64,000 bases of DNA from Gammaproteobacteria bacterium (GCA_965238175.1 CBDEGZ010000003.1:3008001-3072000); one strand, 5' to 3'. Positions 30,617 through 39,472 are shown, numbered from the stretch's first letter. Notes: generated by a model not told the origin, from the sequence alone. A program made the numbers and translations.

Positions 30617-31138
30617 TTGCTCTATCTCTTGAAAGACATGGTACAGATCTTTGTAGATAGATTAAATGTTGATTTTCTGGGATTGGTGGATAAAACTATA
30701 GGCATAGGTCAAGTGAGAATGTCTACACTTGCTATGGCGTTAGGATGGATTCCTTTAATCGAGCATGAAAGAATTAGTGGTCATGCATCCGCCGCAGATG
30801 AAATAAGCGAGGAATTTTTTAAATTAAACACCGATCAAATGTGGGAACTCTTTAGGATGCTGAAGTGGTCTAAGAGTGCCATACATGCATTAGCTAAGAT
30901 ACTAGATTTTCTGAAAAATAGATCTAATCGTTACCCTACTCTATCTCGTTCTGAGTTTAGTCAGAACACCAGAGCAGTTTCTATAATTGGTTCTGAGTAC
31001 AATTTAGGTGCTGCAAACTCTCCCCTATCATCGGCTAGCCCAAGTAGTTATGGCAGTCTTATTGGTCAGCTTTGCTCGGGCGTATATGGAGATGGGTATC
31101 TTCAATTCTCAACCACAATAGGGCAATTTACACATTAA
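30617..31138 (+). CDS. Probable N-terminally truncated lysozyme-fold (lytic transglycosylase-like) domain
   Basis: GIGQVRMST (GxxQ-like) and EYNLG (YNxG-like) motifs; weak TTG start; no signal peptide. Confidence 0.4.
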   Translation: MLYLLKDMVQIFVDRLNVDFLGLVDKTIGIGQVRMSTLAMALGWIPLIEHERISGHASAADEISEEFFKLNTDQMWELFRMLKWSKSAIHALAKILDFLKNRSNRYPTLSRSEFSQNTRAVSIIGSEYNLGAANSPLSSASPSSYGSLIGQLCSGVYGDGYLQFSTTIGQFTH

Positions 31139-31147
31139 GGCCACACA

Positions 31148-31441
31148 ATGAAAATTTTTACAATTATATATACAGCCTTGTTCGTTCTTATCGCTACCGC
31201 CGTACATACTCATAATAAATATTTTTGGGGTGGCAACCACTGGATTACTTTCAACACCAAGTATGAAAAATTATTGTTTTCTCTTATGGAAGCGGCGTTT
31301 ATTATTTCATTTATTCCATTGGGTATAATATTTTTTATTAGTATTTGGAAGAAAGAGTGGCTATCGCTTTTGCTTTCTGTAGTTTCGATACCGGTGGTAT
31401 ATGTTTCTTTTCTGATAGTTGCAGTTATAGTTGGCGACTAG
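31148..31441 (+). CDS. Small 3-TM hypothetical protein (candidate immunity protein)
   Basis: 97 aa, hydrophobic, begins 9 bp after the preceding ORF with an AAGG RBS-like sequence. Confidence 0.55.
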   Translation: MKIFTIIYTALFVLIATAVHTHNKYFWGGNHWITFNTKYEKLLFSLMEAAFIISFIPLGIIFFISIWKKEWLSLLLSVVSIPVVYVSFLIVAVIVGD

Positions 31442-31497
31442 CTTTTTGAAAATCCCACTTCTGCTTTTGCTCAGAATAGAACCCCTCAGAGTCAGGC

Positions 31498-31640
31498 TGA
31501 ACTACCCCCATAAAAACGGACAGGTTAATTAAGCCGCATTCATTAATTCAAACTCATGTGGAGATAAATAATCCAGTGTTTGATGAATACGTTGCCGATT
31601 ATAAAAGGTTTCTATGTAATCAAAAATAGCGATTTTAACG
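31498..31640 (-). mobile_element. IS3-family right-end remnant (transposase C-terminus plus terminal repeat)
   Basis: Minus strand translates [33 protein letters not shown]; the end TGAACTACCCCCATAAAAACGGACAG starts with the IS3-type TG. Confidence 0.85.
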
Positions 31641-31643
31641 GAA

Positions 31644-31746
31644 CAGGGTCAGGCCTTACATTTCACATAGAATAGAAACATAGAAGCTGTAGAAAATTTC
31701 AGTTGTAAGGCCTGACCCTGGCTGATCTTTATAAGGCCTGACGCTG
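31644..31746. repeat. 17-bp inverted repeat CAGGGTCAGGCCTTACA / TGTAAGGCCTGACCCTG plus a degenerate third copy
   Basis: 31644-31660 is the exact reverse complement of 31704-31720; taaggcctgacgctg lies at 31732-31746. Confidence 0.9.
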
Positions 31747-31753
31747 ACGTTTG

Positions 31754-32377
31754 TTACTTTTTATACCATCTCTTTACATAAAAATTAACATACCAATCGA
31801 ACAATTCCTGAATCCGTTCTTCCGAAAAGAAAGTATTATCGATATGACTAGCACCAGAATCATCTCCGACGACCATATCCTCTGGATGGAGATGCTCAGT
31901 TCCAATATAGCCAAGAAGCGCTGACATTCGGCTAGCAATAACCTCACAACATCTGGCAAATGCTTTCAATCTAAGAATGTCTGCTTTACCACCATCCGAC
32001 GAGCTAAAACCCCACAACACATCTTCAGGAACACTAATGACTAAAACGTTCTCGGCCATATCAAATATCAAGCTCATTGAGGTTTTAGTATCCGACAAAA
32101 CCCCATCAAGGTTAACAATGCATCTAAGAATACTCAGTTCTTTTATGGACTGAATAAAAGAATCTGCCTCGTTTGCATCTGCAACTATAGTTGGCTCGAT
32201 TGGGTCGCTTCCATAGGCAAGGAGAGACATTTTGCCTATAGGATTAAATCCATGATCGTTACAAATATTGAGAATACATGGAATCTTTTCTATTAACGAC
32301 TTTTTACACTTAAGTACGCACTCTAAGTCCGCACTACCTATGAAAGGCTCAAAGGTGTCTCGCTTATGATCGTTCAT
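31754..32377 (-). CDS. Hypothetical protein, candidate polymorphic-toxin immunity protein
   Basis: About 207 aa, acidic; ATG at 32377 overlaps the TGA of an upstream toxin-like remnant (ATGA). Confidence 0.65.
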   Translation of the reverse strand: MNDHKRDTFEPFIGSADLECVLKCKKSLIEKIPCILNICNDHGFNPIGKMSLLAYGSDPIEPTIVADANEADSFIQSIKELSILRCIVNLDGVLSDTKTSMSLIFDMAENVLVISVPEDVLWGFSSSDGGKADILRLKAFARCCEVIASRMSALLGYIGTEHLHPEDMVVGDDSGASHIDNTFFSEERIQELFDWYVNFYVKRWYKK

Positions 32378-32614
32378 GGACAAACTCGCGGCGCAGCGCC
32401 TTCAATAAGAATATCAAAAGAATCATCAGCTCTCAGACGAACTGTAAACCCAGTCTTACTGCTGAAAATATCAACAACGGTATTTTACCCTCTTGCTCCA
32501 GTGAAAGGTCCAACAACATCAGTCGCATTTTTCACGGTGTTTTCAACCGTATCTAATGCTTGATTAAACCTTCCCGACCCGGTGTAAATGGAAGTCTTCC
32601 TTGACCAGTTTTTG
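32374..32614 (-). pseudogene. Orphan C-terminal fragment of a probable Rhs/polymorphic toxin with an internal stop
   Basis: NWSRKTSIYTGSGRFNQALDTVENTVKNATDVVGPFTGARG*NTVVDIFSSKTGFTVRLRADDSFDILIEGAAPRVCP*; TAA at 32485-32487; cut off upstream by the repeat. Confidence 0.5.
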
Positions 32615-32714
32615 TGTAGAAAATGTCAATTGTAAGGCCTGACCCTGATGAATCCTCTGATGAATCCTTTGACCCTGATGAATCCTATTGTAAGGCCTGA
32701 CCCTGATGAATCCT
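32615..32714. repeat. Cluster of TGTAAGGCCTGACCCTG / CTGATGAATCCT repeats
   Basis: ttgtaaggcctgaccctgatgaatcct at 32630-32656 and 32688-32714; ctgatgaatcct occurs four times; 32615-32647 matches 31688-31720 at 31 of 33 positions. Confidence 0.9.
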
Positions 32715-32933
32715 CAATTGTTCTTTTCGGTACTAACTGACCCAGCGTTGAATAGTTGATAAACCAACATTCATCGTTGCGGCGACTTCTTTTTGCTTAT
32801 GTCTATGAACAATCACTAGCTCAACACATTTACGTTTATATTCTGTTGATAGGTTTTTCTTTGGCATCTTGACCTCGTTATTTGTAGTAATAATACCCTC
32901 TAACAAAGTCTCTAACTAAATTGTACCGTTACA
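32715..32933 (-). mobile_element. IS3-family left-end remnant (OrfA N-terminus plus terminal repeat)
   Basis: ATG at 32867 gives MPKKNLSTEYKRKCVELVIVHRHKQKEVAATMNVGLSTIQRWVS*YRKEQL (HTH transposase); the end reads TGTAACGGTACAATTTAGTTAGAGAC. Confidence 0.8.
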
Positions 32934-32940
32934 AATCCTT

Positions 32941-33280
32941 ATCGCGGTGTAAAAGATATTTTGGTTGCATGCGTTGACGGACTAAAAGGCTTTCCCGATG
33001 CTATCAATACCGCCTTTCCTGACACACAAATACAGCTGTGCATTGTCACATGGTTCGCAACTCGATGAAATATGTGCCGTGGACCTAAAACGTATTTATC
33101 ACTCGATGACCGAAGACGAAGCGCTACTCGCACTAGAACAATTTGCCGAACGCTGGGACGAGAAATATCCGCAGATAAGTAAGTCATGGCGCAGTCACTG
33201 GAATAACCCCAATACACGCTTTAATTACCCTGAGGATATTCGCAAAGCCATTTACACAGCCAATACCATCAAGTCATTAA
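32941..33280 (+). pseudogene. IS256-family transposase internal fragment, frameshifted
   Basis: RGVKDILVACVDGLKGFPDAI...IQLCIV and, in another frame, DLKRIY...WDEKYPQISKSWRSHW...YPEDIRKAIYT. Confidence 0.9.
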
Positions 33281-34185
33281 AGTTTTGCGATAACTTCAGA
33301 TGTTTCATGATCAGATAACATCGCAAATACACAATTGATTGGTTTGAAATAACCTTTCGAATCATCATCTTTGTCAATACTACCCTGAATAACACCGATA
33401 ATTTTACCTGATTCTGCATCCATAATCGGTGATCCGGAGCTGCCGGCAATAAACGGTTGATCGACGAGTACAACCGACTTATCGTCGCAAGATAATTCTG
33501 CCGGTGTAGTAATACTACTGAAGGTAACACTACCAAGAATATTAGCCTCTTTGAGAATAAAATCATCCTCAAATTTCCTCAGCCAATAAACTTTCCTTTC
33601 ACGACTAAAATCTGGAATAAATTCAACCTCTGTATTATTACAATATTTGATACAAAGCCTGTCGGGCAGATCAAAAACCGCCACATCCTGCTCTTCATTA
33701 GAAAAGATTGGGTTTGATACCGACATACCATCAATAAAACTGGTGCTTTTTACCCGCAAAGAAGGAAATGCAGTCGTTAAATTATGATTTACCGTAAAAA
33801 AGCGATTGCCTACAACAAAACCACTACCTCGATTCCGTTCTTGTTGCCCTCCGACAAATTCTGTCACCGTAGTTATTGGCTGGACAATCTTATCTAAAGC
33901 AACTGCCCTATGATCAATTGGATCAGTTTCTATGGTAACAGGCTCAGGAGGAGTTTCTTTTGTCTTAGTGACAATTTGTCCAGATCCAGTTTCTTCTATG
34001 ACGTTAGTTTCAGGTAGTGCTTTGACTAAAAGTGTCTCTTCGGAAATTACAGAGTAGGAGACAGAACGATGAAATACGATCAAAAACGCACTTGTCAGAA
34101 TGAGCACTTTCCGTCGTTTGTTTCTGATGATCGGCATAAACATATCGCATCTCCTGATCGCATGATCAAGAATAAGCAATATCAA
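33277..34185 (-). CDS. Trypsin-like (S1) serine protease with N-terminal signal/anchor; true start probably downstream of 34185
   Basis: GSGFVV, FTVNH, DVAVF, GSSGSPI...GKIIGV catalytic motifs. Confidence 0.85.
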   Translation of the reverse strand: MILLILDHAIRRCDMFMPIIRNKRRKVLILTSAFLIVFHRSVSYSVISEETLLVKALPETNVIEETGSGQIVTKTKETPPEPVTIETDPIDHRAVALDKIVQPITTVTEFVGGQQERNRGSGFVVGNRFFTVNHNLTTAFPSLRVKSTSFIDGMSVSNPIFSNEEQDVAVFDLPDRLCIKYCNNTEVEFIPDFSRERKVYWLRKFEDDFILKEANILGSVTFSSITTPAELSCDDKSVVLVDQPFIAGSSGSPIMDAESGKIIGVIQGSIDKDDDSKGYFKPINCVFAMLSDHETSEVIAKL

Positions 34186-34209
34186 TGCCGAAATTACAAC
34201 TTAAAACGC

Positions 34210-34374
34210 TAAGGAACTTCTGATATGTCTGGGCGAGGCAAAGATGAGAACCACAATAGTCAAGATCAAGGCACGAAATGCAAGTGAGTAGTTCTAGTAC
34301 TCAGTTTCGTATAGCGCTGAGGTTGAATATTTTAGACTCAAATCGACCATTCATAACACACCAGAGGTTACTTA
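34210..34374. mobile_element. MITE-like non-autonomous element (~165 bp)
   Basis: Terminal inverted repeats taaggaacttctg / cagaggttactta (11 of 13 match, TA at both ends); internal palindrome acgaaa..tgagta-N7-tactca..tttcgt; no ORF. Confidence 0.65.
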
Positions 34375-34376
34375 CA

Positions 34377-35840
34377 TTAACGCCCTTTAAAAATTGATCC
34401 TAAAATTCCTCTGACTATCTGTCGGCCAAGTTTGGTTCCTAATGTTCGTGCCACACTTTTTGCCATCGTTTCAAGTATGCCTTGTCGTTGTCGACCTCGA
34501 CGCCGAGGCTTTTCAGCTTCCATCCGACGAGTTTTTGACACTTCTATCTCCGCCGCTTTCTCAGCACGTTTTTTTAACATTTCAGATGCGGAAATTCGAT
34601 CAACAATGTCCTCATAAACACCCGACAAATGACTATTTTTAATAATTTGCTTACGCTCTGTTTTAGTCGCCGGGCCTAACCGTGAAGAAGGCGGTCGAAT
34701 TAAAGTTCTGTCAACAATACTCGGTACGCCTTTTTTCTGTAAAGTTGAGATCAGTGCTTCACCAACACCAAGCTCAGTAATTGCCTTAGCTGCATCAAAA
34801 TTTGGATTTGCACGAAAAGTCTCCGCTGCGACACGCACTGCTTTTTGTTCACGAGGAGTATAAGCTCTGAGAGCATGTTGAATGCGATTACCAAGCTGGC
34901 TAAGTACCGACTCTGGAATATCCATAGGATTTTGAGTCACAAAATAAATGCCGACGCCTTTTGATCTAATTAACCTTACTACTTGCTCTACTTTCTCGAT
35001 CAAAACTCTTGGTGCTCTATTGAAAAGCAAATGAGCCTCGTCAAAAAAGAAAACCAGTTTTGGTTTGTCTGGATCGCCCACTTCAGGTAATTCCTCAAAC
35101 AATTCAGAAAGTAACCACAGCAAAAAAGTCGCATACATGCGTGGGTGCTGCATTAATTTATCTGCTGCTAAGACATTAATATAACCAAAGCCTTCATCAT
35201 TGGTCTGCATAAAATGATCAAGTTCCAATGCTGGTTCTCCAAAAAAATGTTCTCCTCCTTGTTGCTCCAAAACCAATAAACGCCTCTGGATCGCTCCCAC
35301 AGAAGCCTTGCTGACATTGCCATATTCTGTGGTTAACTGTGCCGCATTTTCACCGACAAAGTTCAGCATGGCACGAAAATCTTTCATATCCAACAGTAAC
35401 ATTCCTTCATCGTCAGCCAGTTTGAAAACGATGTTTACAACACCTTCTTGCGTGTCATTCAATTCCAATAATCTGGACAATAACAATGGCCCCATTTCAG
35501 AAATAGTTGTACGAATGGGATGCCCTTGCTCACCAAAAAGATCCCAAAAAACTGTTGGAAATTCGCGGTAGTTATAATCTTCTAAGCCTATCGTTTCGGC
35601 TCTTTCTTCCAACTTTTTGTGTGTCTTGCCTGACTGAGAAATACCCGACAAGTCACCTTTCACATCCGCCATAAAGACAGGCACACCTTGACGAGAAAAC
35701 CCTTCGGCTAGTATCTGTAATGACACCGTTTTACCCGTACCTGTGGCACCTGCAATCAAACCATGTCGGTTCGCTAATTTAAGATCGAGGTATTGTTGTT
35801 CCTCACCTTTACCAATATAAATTGAGACAGGATCAGACAT
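34377..35840 (-). CDS. HerA-like ATPase, DUF853/YjgR family
   Basis: ANRHGLIAGATGTGKT Walker A, FFFDEAHLLF Walker B, RLIRSKGVG, QLGNRIQHALRA; start taken at ATG 35840. Confidence 0.92.
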   Translation of the reverse strand: MSDPVSIYIGKGEEQQYLDLKLANRHGLIAGATGTGKTVSLQILAEGFSRQGVPVFMADVKGDLSGISQSGKTHKKLEERAETIGLEDYNYREFPTVFWDLFGEQGHPIRTTISEMGPLLLSRLLELNDTQEGVVNIVFKLADDEGMLLLDMKDFRAMLNFVGENAAQLTTEYGNVSKASVGAIQRRLLVLEQQGGEHFFGEPALELDHFMQTNDEGFGYINVLAADKLMQHPRMYATFLLWLLSELFEELPEVGDPDKPKLVFFFDEAHLLFNRAPRVLIEKVEQVVRLIRSKGVGIYFVTQNPMDIPESVLSQLGNRIQHALRAYTPREQKAVRVAAETFRANPNFDAAKAITELGVGEALISTLQKKGVPSIVDRTLIRPPSSRLGPATKTERKQIIKNSHLSGVYEDIVDRISASEMLKKRAEKAAEIEVSKTRRMEAEKPRRRGRQRQGILETMAKSVARTLGTKLGRQIVRGILGSIFKGR

Positions 35841-36249
35841 CAGGATTGTTTCCTCCAAAACCAAAGTCACGCCGTGCGGAGATAATCGTTACGGTAAACC
35901 CTGCTACTACATCGACTAACGCCATCAGTGTCAACGCTGCAAATACCGAATTACCTGTTGTTTCACCAAGGATAAATTGAAGAAGCATTCCCACAAAAAC
36001 GACCATCGACAAGGTATGGTCAAGAATTGATCCTGATGTAGTACGTGTTGCCTTAAAAATCTCGATATAAAGGAAAATAATTCCAGTAAAAATAAAAAGA
36101 TCCCCATTTGTAATGCCCCAATCAACACCCGATGGCAATTTTGTATTAATAAACGTAGATTCTACAATAGCAACACCGTTAACCATGGTGAGTATGTAAT
36201 AAGCAGCCCATAAAAAGGCAAAAAGCGGAATGGATCTGAAGATGAACAT
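35833..36249 (-). CDS. Conserved-looking 4-TM membrane protein coupled to the DUF853 gene
   Basis: EIFKAT...SILDH.LS and DVVAGFTV.I..ARRD motifs; overlaps the start of the ATPase gene. Confidence 0.8.
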   Translation of the reverse strand: MFIFRSIPLFAFLWAAYYILTMVNGVAIVESTFINTKLPSGVDWGITNGDLFIFTGIIFLYIEIFKATRTTSGSILDHTLSMVVFVGMLLQFILGETTGNSVFAALTLMALVDVVAGFTVTIISARRDFGFGGNNPDV

Positions 36250-36399
36250 TTTTATTTTCCTTTTTCAAGATGAGGTTCGAGATGGTATATTAAGACTACT
36301 TTGTCAGGTTTGAAAGGTACCATATTCCATAATGTCAAAGGCTACCTATAGACGTTGCTTTAAAATTAGAAGTTAAACAAAAAGAATTAAGAGGGTTAT

Positions 36400-37218
36400 A
36401 TGGGGCGAATAGCTGTCTGGATAGTAGGTTTAGTGCTGTTATCAATTGTCTATGTGACTGCTATCCACTTTCAAGTTGATAAGATAGAGTCCGATCTAAA
36501 AGATCGATCAACACTTGCCTTACAGAATATTTCTTGGGCAAAAGTCATCATTGATGGTCGTGATGTCCTGATCGAAGGTATATCACCTAATACTGAGTCA
36601 ATTGCGATAGCAAAAAAAGCTATTAGCTCCGTTTGGGGCGTTAGAAAAATTGAATGTCAGTGCACAATTAATCCCTCTGCTCATGAATCTAAAAGACCTT
36701 CGATAGAAACTCCTAAACTTCCAGATACAAATAAAAATTCTGAAGTAATAAAATATTCTGAAGTAGTAAATGACGAACAGCCGACTATAATAACTTCAAA
36801 TCCAGATCTTACTCCCGCTACACCAGTCATAGACACAGCAAAAACTTCTGAACAAGAATGTCAAAATAATATTGGAAAATTTCTAAAAGAAAATTCCGTA
36901 GAATTTCCTACTGGAAGTAGTCGCATTTCACCAGAAAGTTTCACACTACTAAATGAATTAATTAGTATTACTCTTGATTGTCCTGAAACGCGTATAAAAA
37001 TTGCTGGCCATACTGACAATATTGGCGAATCTGAAAAAAATTCTGCATTGAGCCTTGATCGAGCGGAAGCCGTGAAATTATTTTTCCAAAAAGCGGGCGT
37101 ACCACATCATCGAATCAGAGCCGTAGGATATGGTGACTCTTCACCCATTGATAACAATAATACTAAGAAAGGACGTCGGCGAAATCGACGTATCGAAATC
37201 CACCTAACTACTCCATGA
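36400..37218 (+). CDS. Membrane-anchored BON + OmpA-like domain protein
   Basis: N-terminal TM, V.IDGRDV.IEG..P...VWGVR BON domain, GHTD..G...N..LS..RA and NRRIE OmpA-C motifs. Confidence 0.88.
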   Translation: MGRIAVWIVGLVLLSIVYVTAIHFQVDKIESDLKDRSTLALQNISWAKVIIDGRDVLIEGISPNTESIAIAKKAISSVWGVRKIECQCTINPSAHESKRPSIETPKLPDTNKNSEVIKYSEVVNDEQPTIITSNPDLTPATPVIDTAKTSEQECQNNIGKFLKENSVEFPTGSSRISPESFTLLNELISITLDCPETRIKIAGHTDNIGESEKNSALSLDRAEAVKLFFQKAGVPHHRIRAVGYGDSSPIDNNNTKKGRRRNRRIEIHLTTP

Positions 37219-37231
37219 GGAGAACTAAACT

Positions 37232-37909
37232 ATGGACTATCTGCTTGCACAAATCCTGTTATACCTGATCCTTGCAGCACTGATTGGATTCTTTATTGGC
37301 TGGATAATTAGAAGTTCAGGCTTTGAGTCACGAATGCTCGCTTCAGAAAATCAATGGCGTTCACGGCACCATATCCTTCAAAGTGAAAACAATCGCCTTC
37401 AAACTGAACTCGACGAGTTAAAACAAGCAGGAATGACTATACAGGAAATCAAGCCTCAAATAGAAGCCAGCAGTTCAAGTTCACTACCTTTCAGATCACG
37501 TCAAGGTTCCCGACAACCGTCAAATGTAGATATTGGAACAAATAAAAATCATCCATTACAAAACTTAAGAGACGAACTCAGCCAAATTGAAAAATCACAA
37601 TCTCCAGATCAAGAACACCAGATAGTTGAAACAATCTCCGACACAGTCAAAACTCAGCCCTTAGATTCCAGACCAGAGATTACCGAAGGCTCCGATGACG
37701 ATTCCGATGATCTAAAACTCATTAAAGGTATAGGCCCTAAAATTGAGTCTACTCTCAACGAACTTGGGATATATCAATTTCGACAAATTGCAAATTTCAC
37801 CGAAGATAATGTTAATTGGGTCAGTCAGCATTTGCGTTTTAAGGGTAGAATTGAACGCGAGAATTGGATAGTACAAGCAAAAGAGCTGATCAGTAATACA
37901 AAATCCTAA
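37232..37909 (+). CDS. Membrane-anchored protein with C-terminal helix-hairpin-helix domain (COG3743-like)
   Basis: N-terminal TM, coiled coil, DDLKLIKGIGPKIE..LNELGIY.F.QIA...GRIERE.W..QA. Confidence 0.82.
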   Translation: MDYLLAQILLYLILAALIGFFIGWIIRSSGFESRMLASENQWRSRHHILQSENNRLQTELDELKQAGMTIQEIKPQIEASSSSSLPFRSRQGSRQPSNVDIGTNKNHPLQNLRDELSQIEKSQSPDQEHQIVETISDTVKTQPLDSRPEITEGSDDDSDDLKLIKGIGPKIESTLNELGIYQFRQIANFTEDNVNWVSQHLRFKGRIERENWIVQAKELISNTKS

Positions 37910-37913
37910 GATC

Positions 37914-37945
37914 AAAAAAAAACCGATCACTTGGATCGGTTTTTT
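37914..37945. terminator. Bidirectional intrinsic terminator
   Basis: A-tract, stem aaccgatc / gatcggtt, T-tract, between convergent genes. Confidence 0.85.
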
Positions 37946-37962
37946 ATAACAAATACTTAAAA

Positions 37963-38382
37963 TTATTTTTTCAACAGATCACGGATCTCAGTCAACAAAA
38001 CTTCTTCTGAGGACGGCTCGGCCGGTGCTTCTTCCACCTCTTCTTCTACTTTTTTCGCATTGTTCATCATTTTAATCATCATGAAGATTGCAAAAGCAAT
38101 AATCAAGAAATCTATTGCTGTCTGTATAAAACTGCCATAATTTAAGGTCGCTGCTCCGGCCTCTTTTGCAGCTTCCAAAGTCACAAAAGTTCCCTCACCC
38201 AAATTTATAAACAAACCACTAAAATCAACACCCCCCATAAGTTTCCCAATGACTGGCATCACGATATCGCTGACTAATGAAGAGATAATCTTTCCAAATG
38301 CACCACCAATGATAATACCCACTGCCATGTCCATAACGTTGCCTTTCATGGCAAATTCTTTAAATTCTGAAACCATACCCAT
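37963..38382 (-). CDS. mscL: Large-conductance mechanosensitive channel
   Basis: [28 protein letters not shown] and LLTEIRDLL. Confidence 0.97.
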   Translation of the reverse strand: MGMVSEFKEFAMKGNVMDMAVGIIIGGAFGKIISSLVSDIVMPVIGKLMGGVDFSGLFINLGEGTFVTLEAAKEAGAATLNYGSFIQTAIDFLIIAFAIFMMIKMMNNAKKVEEEVEEAPAEPSSEEVLLTEIRDLLKK

Positions 38383-38453
38383 AGTCCTTCCCCCTTGAAT
38401 TATTATTTATTTAGAATATTTGTAACTAACTTGGAACAAACCAACCTACCATC

Positions 38454-39227
38454 TTACTTACCAAAAACTTTTTTCAATAAATCCGTTGTATGCTTTGTAG
38501 GATTCTCTCTTATAGCGGCTTCTTCTATCGCCAAATAATGGAAAATGCCATCCATTGCTTGTTCCACCACATATTCCGTCATATTCGCCTTAGCATCGGG
38601 TACAAATGGTAGCGACGCATATTCCTCCATTGTGGCATCATATGATTTAATCGCACCAACCTCAGACAAACTCTCCTGAACAATGGGACTCATTTCTTTA
38701 GCTAAAGGAATAGACATTTTAGATTGAAAATAACGTGTGGCAGAATCATTAGGTCCATTAAAGATCTTTTTGACATCATCTAACGTCATTGCTTTGATAG
38801 CATCGGTAAATAAACGTTTAGCCTTTGGTGTTGCCGCTTCAGCCGCCATGTTTATTTTGGTTTCAAGATCTTCAAGCATACTGCCCATGCCAACCTTATC
38901 TAAAACAGATTTAACTTTATCAAGACTACCAGGCAACGGAATATGCACGGCAGGATCCTTGTTAAAACCACCTGACTTTCCTAATTGATCTACAACTGAT
39001 CCAGATCCTACTATCAACGCCTCTTTTAAACCTGCCGCCATATCGATGGTACTAAGCGCACTTCCTCCGCTGTTTGAAGATGTTGCATCTTCCAACCACT
39101 CTTTACCAACATCCAACCAACCTGATCTAGCTATATGGCTAAAAAATAACGTTGAAATGATCAAAACAACAACACCAAGCTTGATATTGTTGTTTTTGGA
39201 CAACATATGATTAAACATTCTCATCAA
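38454..39227 (-). CDS. DUF4197 family exported protein
   Basis: GLKEAL..G, V.IPLP..L, N.AAEAA, SAT.YF, EE..IR.NP...TTDLLKKVFG. Confidence 0.88.
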   Translation of the reverse strand: MMRMFNHMLSKNNNIKLGVVVLIISTLFFSHIARSGWLDVGKEWLEDATSSNSGGSALSTIDMAAGLKEALIVGSGSVVDQLGKSGGFNKDPAVHIPLPGSLDKVKSVLDKVGMGSMLEDLETKINMAAEAATPKAKRLFTDAIKAMTLDDVKKIFNGPNDSATRYFQSKMSIPLAKEMSPIVQESLSEVGAIKSYDATMEEYASLPFVPDAKANMTEYVVEQAMDGIFHYLAIEEAAIRENPTKHTTDLLKKVFGK

Positions 39228-39472
39228 AATTACCCTCCTAATTTGATGGACACACTATTGTCGGTATTACTTATTAATAAGCAACCTTCTAATATCAACT
39301 TATTGTACAGTAATGTTGCTTGAAACAGACAATCTAAGTTAGAATCAACTTTAAGGGGGGGGCTAGTTAGCATTTAACTATCCTAGAGAACCCGGGAAAA
39401 GAGTATCAACTACATGTAGTTCGCTCTTTAATGACTTTTTGTTAATCTTTAAAAACATCGGGAAGGATTGTT

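Noticed and set aside
29601-32400. Small AT-rich genes as integron cassettes
   Set aside because: No convincing attC (RYYYAAC...GTTRRRY) palindromes between the genes and no intI in the window.
32615-32714. Repeat cluster as a CRISPR array
   Set aside because: The units are irregular, the spacers are made of the same sub-repeats, and no cas genes are present.
31498-32933. The two IS3 remnants as the ends of one element or a composite transposon
   Set aside because: Their terminal sequences (TGAACTACCCCCATAAAAACGGACAG and TGTAACGGTACAATTTAGTTAGAGAC) match poorly, so they are more likely different IS3-family elements.
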